Part shown: in pieces, positions 42,050-51,588 of the stretch
Layout: each line of letters opens with the position of its first letter
How positions within the stretch are numbered: the first letter of the stretch is position 1
Virus record (IMG/VR): IMGVR_UViG_3300045988_172778
Location: 32,001 to 96,000 of that record
Strand: one strand, 5' to 3'
DNA from: a virus
DNA length: 64,000 nt
Notes under the pieces: generated by a model
Database searches by the model: none
What the model was told of the DNA's origin: nothing
What the model saw: the letters and a program-made list of their open reading frames with translations, nothing else
Position numbers and translations under genes: made by a program

Positions 42050-43288
42050 AAACAAATATGCCCTTAAGTAACTATATCGGTTAAAACCTAGAAGTAGGTA
42101 AGACCGAGGTAAGATAAATTTTAAAATGTTAATATGCAATAAAATATAAATAAATTAAAAAAGGAGGTGATGACATGGAAAATAATATTAAAGAAGATTT
42201 GATAGCGTTAACCAACGAACAGGCAAAGAAGATTAATGCTGAAATTATTGAAAGATTTACGGGGAAAGACGGTAAGGCAAAGTTAAAAATACGCTCTTTA
42301 TCATATCCCGAAAAAGGAGTAAGGGTCGTTGATCGATATAATTTCTTGCACTCCACTGCCCAATATAGATATTTTAACGCCGTGACTTGTAAAAATGATT
42401 TATTGAGACATGAAGAAATAACATCTAGAATTGATATAATTGGAGATTATATCAACACTGCGACAAAAATTTTATGCAAATGTAAAATTTGTAGCAATGA
42501 ATGGATGGTAACTCCAAACAAATTATTACAAGGTCGTGGATGCCCTAAGTGTGCTTCACAAAAAGCACATCGGGCTTACTCTAAATCACATGAAGAATTT
42601 ATAAATGAATTAAAAAACGTCAACCCTTCTATCACGATACTTGATGAATATTATAATAATCGCACTAAAATAAGATACAAGTGTAATATTTGTAATAAAG
42701 TATCTATGTCTACTCCTTGTAAATTATTAGACGGGGAGAGCGGGTGCCATTTTTGTAAAAGCTCGATCGGTGAACAGAAGATATTCTGTTTTTTATTTGC
42801 CCACAAAGTACCATTTGAGAGAGAAAAATATTTTGAAGATTGTAAAGATAAAGGGAAATTACCTTTTGACTTTTATTTATCTGATTATAATATTTGTATT
42901 GAATTTCAAGGTGAACAACATTTCCGTCCAGTAGACTTTTCATATACTCCAACTGAGGAATCGAAAAATAAAGCCGTTGAAAAATTTAAAGGTATTCAGA
43001 AGCGTGATAAAATAAAAGCAGAATATTGTAAACAGAATGGAATACGTCTTTTAATTATTGATTATAAACAAATAAAAAATATAGAAAGCATATTAACAAA
43101 AGAATTAAATTTATCAACCGTAACGACTGCAGGATCTTTGTGGTAACATAAAGATTGAAGTTACTTCAATATGTTTTAGACATATTGTAATATACAGTCT
43201 GAACTCGTAATATAACGAAATGAAATACGAGAGTAAGGATTAACGTCCTTGCCGCCACATTTATTGTGGTCATAAAAGTAACAGATTG
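42050..43288 (+). mobile_element. group-I-like intron 2 with homing endonuclease ORF
   Basis: Exon AGGGU (42045-42049) pairs with GCCCU (42060-42064), giving a terminal U-G. The 3' end reads aaaagtaacagattG. Several hairpins lie in 43147-43288. The junction restores ..RVYRQG|IGFVMESNEEAIAEAQ. Confidence 0.65.
42175..43146 (+). CDS. intron-encoded homing endonuclease (two zinc ribbons + PD-(D/E)XK core)
   Basis: 323 aa with RBS AAGGAGG. Motifs: CKCKICSNEW..GRGCPKC and CNICNKV..GCHFC; LPFDFYLSDYNICIEFQGEQHF nuclease motif. It is AT-rich. Confidence 0.65.
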   Translation: MENNIKEDLIALTNEQAKKINAEIIERFTGKDGKAKLKIRSLSYPEKGVRVVDRYNFLHSTAQYRYFNAVTCKNDLLRHEEITSRIDIIGDYINTATKILCKCKICSNEWMVTPNKLLQGRGCPKCASQKAHRAYSKSHEEFINELKNVNPSITILDEYYNNRTKIRYKCNICNKVSMSTPCKLLDGESGCHFCKSSIGEQKIFCFLFAHKVPFEREKYFEDCKDKGKLPFDFYLSDYNICIEFQGEQHFRPVDFSYTPTEESKNKAVEKFKGIQKRDKIKAEYCKQNGIRLLIIDYKQIKNIESILTKELNLSTVTTAGSLW

Positions 43289-44266
43289 ATTGGCTTCGTT
43301 ATGGAAAGCAACGAGGAAGCAATTGCCGAAGCGCAAAAAAATCTCGAGAACTTAAATACTCAAAAACGCCAAGAAAATCTTCAAACGCAAATTGACGCGC
43401 TTCAGATGCAGAAAGACATTATCGAAGCTCTTCCAAATCAGGCTCAACTCGAACAAACCAAAAAGATTTGGGAATTGTGGGCAGCGGATAAGGGAACGAA
43501 AGGAAGTCTTGCTTCTGTAACCGAAGGCGTAACGATGTTGGCGGATGCTTATACAAATGCCACAAATCGGATGAATATGCGTGCTAAAACAGAAGGGGTT
43601 CTAAATACACCTGATGAAAAGAGCAGTATGCAGACATCTGATAAAAATACTAACCCCGTTATCACCCTTAGTGAAACTCAAATAGAATATACTAAAGCCT
43701 TAGTTTCTAACGTGGATGATATTAGAAATATCTTATTAGGGAAACATACTAAAAACTTCCAAAATATGTTGGATTTCGTGAACAAAAACAACATGCTTCA
43801 AGGCGATTATGCACGGTGGGGAGAAATGTTCAGAGCTGCTGGTATATTAAACGAATGGAATTCTTTGTCTGATAAAGAGAAAGAAGCTATTAGAAGCCAA
43901 GCAAATACGAGAGCGGGTGGAGACATTTCCTTCCAAGGCGGTAAAGCTCTTATCAACGAGCTCGGAACCGAAGCGGTCATCACGCCAGGCGGCACGCTTA
44001 CCGCCCTTCCTTCGAAGACGGGTATCGTCCCTGCGGACATAACCCGAAACGTTTGGGCGCTCGGAGAAGTCGCTCCGACGTTGGTCGCACAGCTCGGCTC
44101 GCTTACGCAGAAGACGCTCTCTGGCAACGCTGTAAACACAACTTACGAAGAAGGTCAATACTTCGACAACTTTACGATGAACGTTTACCCCGCAAAGGGC
44201 GACGATTTCAACAAGATACTCGAACAGGCGCGCGCACAAATGCGACTTACGCGTCATAACAACTAA
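43289..44266 (+). CDS. tape measure protein, exon 3
   Basis: IGFVMESNEEAIAEAQKNLE... ; the C-terminal GGKALINELGTEAVITPGGTLTALPSKTGIVPADIT is typical of tape-measure C-termini. Confidence 0.65.
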   Translation: MGFVMESNEEAIAEAQKNLENLNTQKRQENLQTQIDALQMQKDIIEALPNQAQLEQTKKIWELWAADKGTKGSLASVTEGVTMLADAYTNATNRMNMRAKTEGVLNTPDEKSSMQTSDKNTNPVITLSETQIEYTKALVSNVDDIRNILLGKHTKNFQNMLDFVNKNNMLQGDYARWGEMFRAAGILNEWNSLSDKEKEAIRSQANTRAGGDISFQGGKALINELGTEAVITPGGTLTALPSKTGIVPADITRNVWALGEVAPTLVAQLGSLTQKTLSGNAVNTTYEEGQYFDNFTMNVYPAKGDDFNKILEQARAQMRLTRHNN

Positions 44267-44428
44267 AATGCGGCTCGATAAAAGAAGCATTTTATTATAC
44301 AAAAAAACGGTTCATTTCGGTTTTATCGCGTTTCCGTAAAAAACGCGTTACCATTAGTTTGGGTGTGGCGGTTGAGAAGACCTCCCGCCCGCCATAACTC
44401 AATAAAAAAATAAAGAGGAGGAAAAATT

Positions 44429-47400
44429 ATGGCTATTTATAAACCGAGCAATTGCACGCCGTTTTTGACGTGCCTGGATTTGACGAAAGCGCAGGATATA
44501 ACTTGTGAGCTTAATACGTCCAACGAATTAGTTACGGGGTATAAAATCAAGATATTAGACAGTAACAATGACGTGATTTTCGAAGGGGCAAAGTTTGATC
44601 CGATAAATCCCGTTGGTTACGAGAACAGTGGCTTGAACGGTTCGACGCTCGTGTTGCCCTTAATTGTCGAAGGGAAGGCGATTAACAATAACACGATCGG
44701 CTATCAAAACGGGGGATACAACGTAAAAGATCTGACTGGCACCAAATTCGATGCGACGCGCTTTTCTAACGGCTATATCAATCAACCGTACAAGTGGGAG
44801 ATCGTCCTCGAACAAGGAAACACGACAGGTGTTAAAGCGGATAAATTTTACGACATGACTATCACGCAAGGGAAAGTCCTCGGTTCGACGAGAAACCGCA
44901 TTCAGAGTTATTTATCAGATAACATATATAAGGATTATTTCATTCAGTTAAACAATACTTCGAAGAGAGTGTTGATAAACAGCTATGACCATACATACGG
45001 GTATTTATACCCGCAGGAAAACAAGTTCACCGATGAAGAGGTTGAAGCGGCGACTTTTTTCGAGATATACAAATTCAGTAATGACCCCGATGTGATTGCG
45101 GCAGGATCGCAAGTCGCATATGCTATCAATAAACCGATGAAAGAAGTTAAAATCGGGGGAAAACAAAATACGATGGGGTGGGGGAGTAATTTGGTTTACC
45201 CGTATTATTTTGAGCAAGTTTTTAAAGGGTTACCTAATTCTTATGCGACGCAAAACGATATTCCAAATTCCGCGTTCAATTCTGATATGAGCGGGTTTCT
45301 TGTTGTTGGAACAAACGTTATGGTAAAAGGAGAAACAGACGCAAACGCTTTTAACGGAATCTTCACATTGAATTCGGTTTCTGAAAAGGAACAAGAGGTC
45401 GAAGTTGATGGCAAAAAAGAGAAGCAATATGACCTTACGCTCAAATGGCTTAGAAGCACACCTGGAAATACGTGGGCGAATTTAACCAACACAGTATTTT
45501 ACGTTCAAAACGGAACCGATAAAGGAAGGTGGCAGGTAAATACCGACACGCAAACAGTCGGGACGATTAACCAGACGCCCGTTATTTTTATCCGTGAGAA
45601 ACCCGTGGAGATATATACTGACGCAAGCAAAGGGTACAGTTCCGACAAAACAAAAGGGCAAATTTTTAAAAATACAATCAGGCAAGTTTATATACGTCCT
45701 TTTATCGGAATAGAATCTGGAATGCGGTTTAGTTATTTAAAGAAAGGTGAAATTGCTTATAAAAATATAAATGATTTCACAATAGACACAGAGACGTGGC
45801 AATTGAGCGGGAATATCGGTGAAATATTAAAACCAGATGAAACCCAATATAAAATTTCGTCTTATTTTAAGAGAGGCGATGAAAATCCGTTTTACGCTTA
45901 CGCCAAACCAGTTGTCGTATTGTTTTGCGATGGAGAAGTATTGAGTTCTGATGACTTAAATAGAACCATTATTTATAGGCGTATTGCAAACCTTAGTGCC
46001 GAATTTCAACAAGAAAACAATAAAAGTTGGACGAGTTTTCAATGGTATCTTAACGATTTAACAGATGGAACGACTATTGAGACGGATAAATTTTACACGG
46101 GGAATATATCTTATGAATTTGATGGATTGCAAGATGGGCATATATATCAAGCGATTTTGAGAATTGAAGATGAGTTTGGGAATACGTATGATTTTTATGG
46201 CAATATCGAAGCTAACATCTCTATAATTTCAGGCAAAACGGATTTGAATATCGAGCAAGATTGCGTGACCCAATCATATTTAATAAATTTCACAAAGGAT
46301 GGAGTTGTTATTCCGAAGTATGATCCACAAACTTTAGGGTACAGGGTTATAGGCGATAATATTACTTCTAAGGAAAATTATACTGTAAAAGAAGAAAACG
46401 CAGAGACGTATGAACCATTTGCCATAACCGACATTGGCGCATATGGATATAACATCGAATACCCCGAGACGGCAAGTGGTGAAACTTATTTATCGTTATC
46501 CAACATTGAACATCTCGAAGATTTTGATGACAGGGAATCGTTAATGGAATACGATCAGATAAATATTACGAATAGTGAAATTTATACGCCAATTGCAACT
46601 CCCGCTGGGAATGCCAACACATTTAATTCTCAACATAAATTAAATGCAGGATTCGTAGGCGATATAATTAAATACGAAATGGACGTGGATGATGTTTTAT
46701 TTAAAGATACAAAAGCCATCGTGCGTATATATCTTCCTCCTCTTACAAGAACTAATGACGCGGGCGAAATCGAACTTTATACCAACGTTTCCAATGATTT
46801 GTATGTGCAATACGAGGTTAAAAGTTTAGAACAAACCAATGGAATGGACTATACAGTTGTCAAAACACCCGACGACGAAGAACTGTTTTTCGTAAAAGAT
46901 AACGATTTTATTGTTGGGCGTTATAGTGTAATTGCCACTTATACGCGTGTATATTATTCAGGCAGTAGTGGTATAATATTCGCCGCAAAAGCTATACCTT
47001 GGGATGCAGAAAGAGCTCAAAAGGCAAAGGTTGTTTCGGCATGGGTGGAGCCTGGAACCACTGCCGACGAGAAATGCGATTATATTGATACAGACATCGT
47101 GTATGACGTCGAACCGAATAATGCGAATTATCGTCATATTCGCGGCGAAGGTAAGTTTAATAGTCATGGGCTTATTCATTTCCCTTTTACAACTTCACAG
47201 AAAGAAACGGGGCATCCTTCATTTTTTTACGATAAAAAGAATGCTTTGGTTACACAAGCTAACGATGCACAAAACAATGAAAACAAAATTAACGTTTTGA
47301 CGGGCGAGTATAACTATATTGATGACGGGCATCCCGAATCGCCGAATTATTGGCAAGATAACGTGTCTGAGGCAGAAGTATATGCGCAAACCAATATCAA

Positions 47401-47551
47401 TAATAATGGAATTCATAATGGAAGACAATTTGTTGCCAATAAAATATTGACGATGAATTTGGCTTTAAGAAATTATAATAGTAATAGTAGAAGCGATCCC
47501 ACTTTTGCTTCAAGAGATTTTGAATTTAATTTATTCACAAAGGAGGTGTGA
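44429..47551 (+). CDS. large tail-tip structural protein
   Basis: 1040 aa with RBS GAGGAGG. It is the first gene after the tape measure. Assigned by position and size only. Confidence 0.5.
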   Translation: MAIYKPSNCTPFLTCLDLTKAQDITCELNTSNELVTGYKIKILDSNNDVIFEGAKFDPINPVGYENSGLNGSTLVLPLIVEGKAINNNTIGYQNGGYNVKDLTGTKFDATRFSNGYINQPYKWEIVLEQGNTTGVKADKFYDMTITQGKVLGSTRNRIQSYLSDNIYKDYFIQLNNTSKRVLINSYDHTYGYLYPQENKFTDEEVEAATFFEIYKFSNDPDVIAAGSQVAYAINKPMKEVKIGGKQNTMGWGSNLVYPYYFEQVFKGLPNSYATQNDIPNSAFNSDMSGFLVVGTNVMVKGETDANAFNGIFTLNSVSEKEQEVEVDGKKEKQYDLTLKWLRSTPGNTWANLTNTVFYVQNGTDKGRWQVNTDTQTVGTINQTPVIFIREKPVEIYTDASKGYSSDKTKGQIFKNTIRQVYIRPFIGIESGMRFSYLKKGEIAYKNINDFTIDTETWQLSGNIGEILKPDETQYKISSYFKRGDENPFYAYAKPVVVLFCDGEVLSSDDLNRTIIYRRIANLSAEFQQENNKSWTSFQWYLNDLTDGTTIETDKFYTGNISYEFDGLQDGHIYQAILRIEDEFGNTYDFYGNIEANISIISGKTDLNIEQDCVTQSYLINFTKDGVVIPKYDPQTLGYRVIGDNITSKENYTVKEENAETYEPFAITDIGAYGYNIEYPETASGETYLSLSNIEHLEDFDDRESLMEYDQINITNSEIYTPIATPAGNANTFNSQHKLNAGFVGDIIKYEMDVDDVLFKDTKAIVRIYLPPLTRTNDAGEIELYTNVSNDLYVQYEVKSLEQTNGMDYTVVKTPDDEELFFVKDNDFIVGRYSVIATYTRVYYSGSSGIIFAAKAIPWDAERAQKAKVVSAWVEPGTTADEKCDYIDTDIVYDVEPNNANYRHIRGEGKFNSHGLIHFPFTTSQKETGHPSFFYDKKNALVTQANDAQNNENKINVLTGEYNYIDDGHPESPNYWQDNVSEAEVYAQTNINNNGIHNGRQFVANKILTMNLALRNYNSNSRSDPTFASRDFEFNLFTKEV

Positions 47552-47557
47552 TATATT

Positions 47558-48535
47558 ATGAAAACAATGCGTGTTCTGTTATCAACTTATGAAAAAAACA
47601 CAAACATAGGGCAAGAAGTTTATTTTATCAATATTACAAACTCTTTTGAACCGCTTGGAGAAGAGCCAACAAAAATAGAATATTCCAATAGAAATAATAC
47701 TTCTTTATTAATTAATTATGAAAATTATAAGGATGATAAATTAGACTGCAATTATAAACAAGGTTACGCACCCATTTCTTCTGGTGGAAACGGTGATTCT
47801 TTCGCTTCCGTTTATAAGAGAGAAATTAGAACTAATGACGACGGAACCATTGAACCTCTTACAAAATTATCACCTGTTTTAACCGATATGAATAATTTTA
47901 AAATTAGAGATTTTAATATTTCAAATAACAGAGAATATCAGTACGTGCTTTATTTGGACTATTCACCGACAACTGGCGAAATAGAAAAAACAGTCAAAAC
48001 CCCTGTTAAAACTTCGTGGGAAGCATGGAGTATAACGGAATTACATCCCGTTAATGGAAGTAAGAAATATTTTACGGCAACCGCAGATGATGTGTGGTTA
48101 TTTAATTTGAATGTGAGTACGGGTGAGCAAACACAAAATATTTCGCGTAATGAACAGCAAACATTAGGTCGTTTTAATAAATATTCACAAGGTAAGATGA
48201 ATTATATAAGTGGAAGCGTCAACTGTTTACTCGGAAGCGAAGTTATTCCCGCAACTTATGCAAATAAGGGCGGGTATGTTGAGAGAAGAATTTTTGACAC
48301 AAATCCAACCTCTAATGAGCGGGTAGATATGTTATTGGCATGGAGAAAAGTGGTATATTCTTCAAACCCGAAATTGCTTAAAGACCGTGCTGGGCAATCA
48401 TTTTTAGTAACTCTAAACAGTTCCTCAAATCAGCCAATGGATGCCGTCAAAATTCAACCAAATACTATAAGTTTCAATTGGACTCAAATTGGCACCCTCG
48501 ATGATGTTCAAATAGTCGACAACAGTTTGGAATAA
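47558..48535 (+). CDS. tail-tip/baseplate structural protein
   Basis: 325 aa with RBS AGGAGG, tightly packed after ORF 44429. Confidence 0.45.
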   Translation: MKTMRVLLSTYEKNTNIGQEVYFINITNSFEPLGEEPTKIEYSNRNNTSLLINYENYKDDKLDCNYKQGYAPISSGGNGDSFASVYKREIRTNDDGTIEPLTKLSPVLTDMNNFKIRDFNISNNREYQYVLYLDYSPTTGEIEKTVKTPVKTSWEAWSITELHPVNGSKKYFTATADDVWLFNLNVSTGEQTQNISRNEQQTLGRFNKYSQGKMNYISGSVNCLLGSEVIPATYANKGGYVERRIFDTNPTSNERVDMLLAWRKVVYSSNPKLLKDRAGQSFLVTLNSSSNQPMDAVKIQPNTISFNWTQIGTLDDVQIVDNSLE

Positions 48536-48545
48536 GGAGACAAAA

Positions 48546-49787
48546 ATGGGCGATTATAAAGTTAGAAGCGCAAGTGGAGATATTTTGGCGTATTACTCAA
48601 CAGAGACTTCCCAAAATATCTCCATAGAACGTATAAAGCAAGAAATAGACAATGCCCCCGTGATAAACCCAAAATTTCGGTTCCATATTCTTAACGAAGA
48701 CGAGACAATTCGAGAGGATATTCCCGAAGAAGATGTAATCATAGGCGGGACTTATAATGAGAACTATCAGAACGGGCAACGTCGAAGTATCTCAATTTCA
48801 CTATTTAATCACACTGGGAAATATACGCCTTCCATAAACGGGTTATGGGTTGGAGTTAAAATAAGCTTCGATATGGGTTTAGAAATAAACGGTGTTACTA
48901 TTTGGTTCAAGAAAGGAATTTATGTTATTTCATCGATTTTCCCCTCTCATGAACCTAAAACGACAAATGTTAGCGTAGAATTGAGCGATAAATTTGCCGT
49001 TTTAGAAGGTGCAACGGGAACATTTGAGACCTCATATACTGTTCCAGTAGGCAATGACATTCAAGAAGTGATTCAGAATTTGCTTAATTTGCAAAGAGGA
49101 AACGGGCAGGTAATCGATCCGAAACCCATAATATATAACAGCAAGTTTAAGGGCGCAAAAATACAAGCCGAAATACCCAAACAAGCAGGAGACACCATAG
49201 GTTCGATAATAATAGACATAGCCACTCAACTTAACGCGGAAGTGTTTTACGATGTCGAAGGAAATCTCACGTTTGTTCCGATAAACGATGTGACGGGTGA
49301 TGAGGATAAACCCGTCATATACCATTTTTATGATGAAAACGGGGATATCTTTAATAATAATTTGTCATTTGATCTTAGCGGGGCGATTAACCGTGTTATA
49401 GTGATTGGTTCAACTGTTAATAGCAATGTTATTACAGCCACTTCCGTGAATGATAATGTTGGGTCGCCCTTATGCTACCAGCGAATTGGATATCGAACCG
49501 CAAGCCCAATAAACGACTCGAATATTACCACCGAAATTTTAGCGCAAGAACGTGCCGATTACGAGCTTCGTCAGCATTTGATACTTAAATCAAGTGCGAG
49601 CAACGGTGTTCGGTATAACCCGCTTTTATCGGTAAACAATTTAATCGGCGTAACAGATTCGTTTTACGGATTTAATCAGGAACGATTTTTGTTGCAAAGT
49701 ATAAGTTGCCCGATTGATTATAGCGGTTCGATGAGTATAACAAGTGCAAATATACAGAATTTCGGATTTTTAACGACTCGGAGGTAA
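48546..49787 (+). CDS. tail-tip/baseplate hub-like protein
   Basis: 413 aa. ..VSVELSDKFAVLEGATGTFETSYTVPVGNDIQEVIQNLL.. recalls XkdQ/gpD-like hub proteins (weak). Confidence 0.4.
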   Translation: MGDYKVRSASGDILAYYSTETSQNISIERIKQEIDNAPVINPKFRFHILNEDETIREDIPEEDVIIGGTYNENYQNGQRRSISISLFNHTGKYTPSINGLWVGVKISFDMGLEINGVTIWFKKGIYVISSIFPSHEPKTTNVSVELSDKFAVLEGATGTFETSYTVPVGNDIQEVIQNLLNLQRGNGQVIDPKPIIYNSKFKGAKIQAEIPKQAGDTIGSIIIDIATQLNAEVFYDVEGNLTFVPINDVTGDEDKPVIYHFYDENGDIFNNNLSFDLSGAINRVIVIGSTVNSNVITATSVNDNVGSPLCYQRIGYRTASPINDSNITTEILAQERADYELRQHLILKSSASNGVRYNPLLSVNNLIGVTDSFYGFNQERFLLQSISCPIDYSGSMSITSANIQNFGFLTTRR

Positions 49788-49790
49788 GAT

Positions 49791-50054
49791 ATGGAAAACA
49801 ATGCGGAACAACTTGTTTCTCTTATTCGAGAGTTAGTAAGAGAAGAACTTAATAAACGAGATAGCACTTCGATCGGAATGGTGAAAAGTGTTAATAATGA
49901 TAATACGGTGAATATTTGTTTATTTCCTGATTTTAATACTATAATATCTAATATAAAGAATTCTTCTAAATATGAACTTAAAGAAAATGATATAGTAGTA
50001 TTATATAAAATAAATAACCAAATAAATAATTCTTTTATAATTTCTAAATATTAA
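49791..50054 (+). CDS. small tail-tip protein (XkdR/DUF2577-like size and pattern)
   Basis: 87 aa and the last gene before a strong terminator. IGMVKSVNNDNTVNICL..DIVVLYKINN suggests an OB-like fold. Confidence 0.35.
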   Translation: MENNAEQLVSLIRELVREELNKRDSTSIGMVKSVNNDNTVNICLFPDFNTIISNIKNSSKYELKENDIVVLYKINNQINNSFIISKY

Positions 50055-50062
50055 TGATGATC

Positions 50063-50102
50063 AAGGATATTAGATTTTCAAAGTCTAATATCCTTTTTTT
50101 AT
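50063..50102 (+). terminator. rho-independent terminator ending the late block
   Basis: Arms aaggatattaga / tctaatatcctt followed by ttttttt. Confidence 0.8.
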
Positions 50103-50147
50103 CCATTTTTGTCCGAAAGATTTTTTTGAAAAATTTGCATTAAACAC

Positions 50148-50176
50148 TTGACAAATGAATTTTGTTATGTTATAAT
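50148..50176 (+). promoter_or_regulatory. consensus sigma-A promoter (early P1)
   Basis: TTGACA, a 17-nt spacer ending in TGT, and TATAAT. Confidence 0.75.
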
Positions 50177-50209
50177 GGCAGCGAAGAATAAATTTTGGAG
50201 GTCACAAAT

Positions 50210-50527
50210 ATGGCAAAAGAAAAGCTTAACACAATGGCGGTAAAAGTGGAAGATATTTTAAGGAACAAATCGAAAGCTCGCGACGACGATAACGTGTTAT
50301 ACGCGTATTTCTTGAACTCGCTTGGTGTTTCGGTTCGTAAAACGTCATTTTGGGAAATCACGCGCCGCGTAGTAAACGGCGATTTGCCGTCGATGGAAAG
50401 TGTGGGGCGTGTTCGCCGCAAAGTGCAGGAACTCAACCCCGAACTCGTCGGCACGGCAGAGAAGAGAAAGATAAGATATAAGGCGATAGACGATTACAAA
50501 GCATTTGCTCGCCAAAAGGAGATTTGA
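50210..50527 (+). CDS. hypothetical early protein
   Basis: ATG at 50210 behind GGAGG (the track TTG at 50195 overlaps the RBS). 105 aa. Confidence 0.55.
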   Translation: MAKEKLNTMAVKVEDILRNKSKARDDDNVLYAYFLNSLGVSVRKTSFWEITRRVVNGDLPSMESVGRVRRKVQELNPELVGTAEKRKIRYKAIDDYKAFARQKEI

Positions 50528-50528
50528 T

Positions 50529-50894
50529 ATGGAAGAAAAAGAGGTTTTTAAAGTTCCCCCGAAAGAGGTTCAACAGGCGGTCATCGACCGCGTTTTGATG
50601 CGGATAGAGGCGCGTCGTTCGAGTTTCACCCGCGAAGACGTAATCGGTTTCGCAAAAGAGGCGCAGATCCCGACCATATACGCAGAGGCGGTTAGCTCCG
50701 CTGTTATCGAGGATTTGGGCAGCAGAATTTTCTCGCGTTTGCTCGTAAACGGAATGCTCATTCCCGTAAAAGGCACCAACTATTACAGGAAAATCACCGA
50801 AGAAGAAATGCAAGCGGCAAAGAAGGCTTATTTGGCGGCGCAGGAAGAGACAACGCAGGAGGCGCAAAATGACGAAAAAACCGTACTTAACTAA
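50529..50894 (+). CDS. hypothetical early protein
   Basis: ATG at 50529 behind AAGGAG. 121 aa. Confidence 0.5.
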   Translation: MEEKEVFKVPPKEVQQAVIDRVLMRIEARRSSFTREDVIGFAKEAQIPTIYAEAVSSAVIEDLGSRIFSRLLVNGMLIPVKGTNYYRKITEEEMQAAKKAYLAAQEETTQEAQNDEKTVLN

Positions 50895-51225
50895 AGAGCA
50901 GTTCGTAGAGTACGTCGGGCGGATAAAAGCGACGTGCGATAAAGACGACATGTTGTCAGAAGCGGTAGAGAAAGCGTGTAACGATGATTGCCGAGTAATC
51001 GGCTTATACGGCGCTGAATGCTCCGCGATGGTTGATTTGCTCTCGTTCGCAATGGGGTCGGAAGTCGGGACTTGCAGCGGAAATGAGATTGAGTATTTCA
51101 TATACGACCTGAATTTTGGGAAAGATTACGCAGAAGGGTGTTTCACCGAAATGGACGGTACACCGATAGATATTTCAACGGCAGAAAAGTTATACGACTA
51201 TATTGCGTTGGAGGCAGAGAAATGA
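50869..51225 (+). CDS. hypothetical early protein
   Basis: 118 aa, overlapping its neighbours. Confidence 0.5.
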   Translation: MTKKPYLTKEQFVEYVGRIKATCDKDDMLSEAVEKACNDDCRVIGLYGAECSAMVDLLSFAMGSEVGTCSGNEIEYFIYDLNFGKDYAEGCFTEMDGTPIDISTAEKLYDYIALEAEK

Positions 51226-51587
51226 TTACAATGTACGACACGCCCAAAAAGGTTAAACTCACCGATTTATTCCCTGATTCGGGGCGCAAGTATTATATTC
51301 AAAAGTTCGAGTACGGTGATTTCGATAATTGGGTTACGGCGGTTATATACGAAACGAGCCTCGTTATAAACGATTACTCGCTCAATTCAAAAGCGGTAAA
51401 AGACGGGAAATACTCCGCGTATTTAGCGACGACGTTTATTTCAATCGATGGAGTTGGGGAAATGGGCGAAGACTTCATAAAAAGAGGCCGTAAGTTTGTC
51501 GGTTGTGGGAATGACATAAAAATAAGTAAGCTCGAAGATTTAACCGATTTCGAAGTTACGGTGGACGGAGAATGGACGAGAGGCTGA
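51222..51587 (+). CDS. hypothetical early protein
   Basis: ATG at 51222 behind GGAGG, with an ATGA overlap to the upstream stop. 121 aa. Confidence 0.5.
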   Translation: MITMYDTPKKVKLTDLFPDSGRKYYIQKFEYGDFDNWVTAVIYETSLVINDYSLNSKAVKDGKYSAYLATTFISIDGVGEMGEDFIKRGRKFVGCGNDIKISKLEDLTDFEVTVDGEWTRG

Positions 51588-51588
51588 A

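Noticed and set aside
43147-43288. tRNA or other small RNA genes in the structured non-coding stretches (also 44267-44428 and 7427-7524)
   Set aside because: No cloverleaf with a T-loop GTTCRANYC or matching acceptor stem could be drawn. The stretch 43147-43288 is better explained as the 3' core of intron 2.
50433-51101. 222-aa minus-strand ORF across three early genes (similarly 56370-56882 and 58005-58538)
   Set aside because: It overlaps RBS-preceded, tightly coupled + strand genes. It lies opposite to the promoters and terminators, which are all oriented for + strand transcription.
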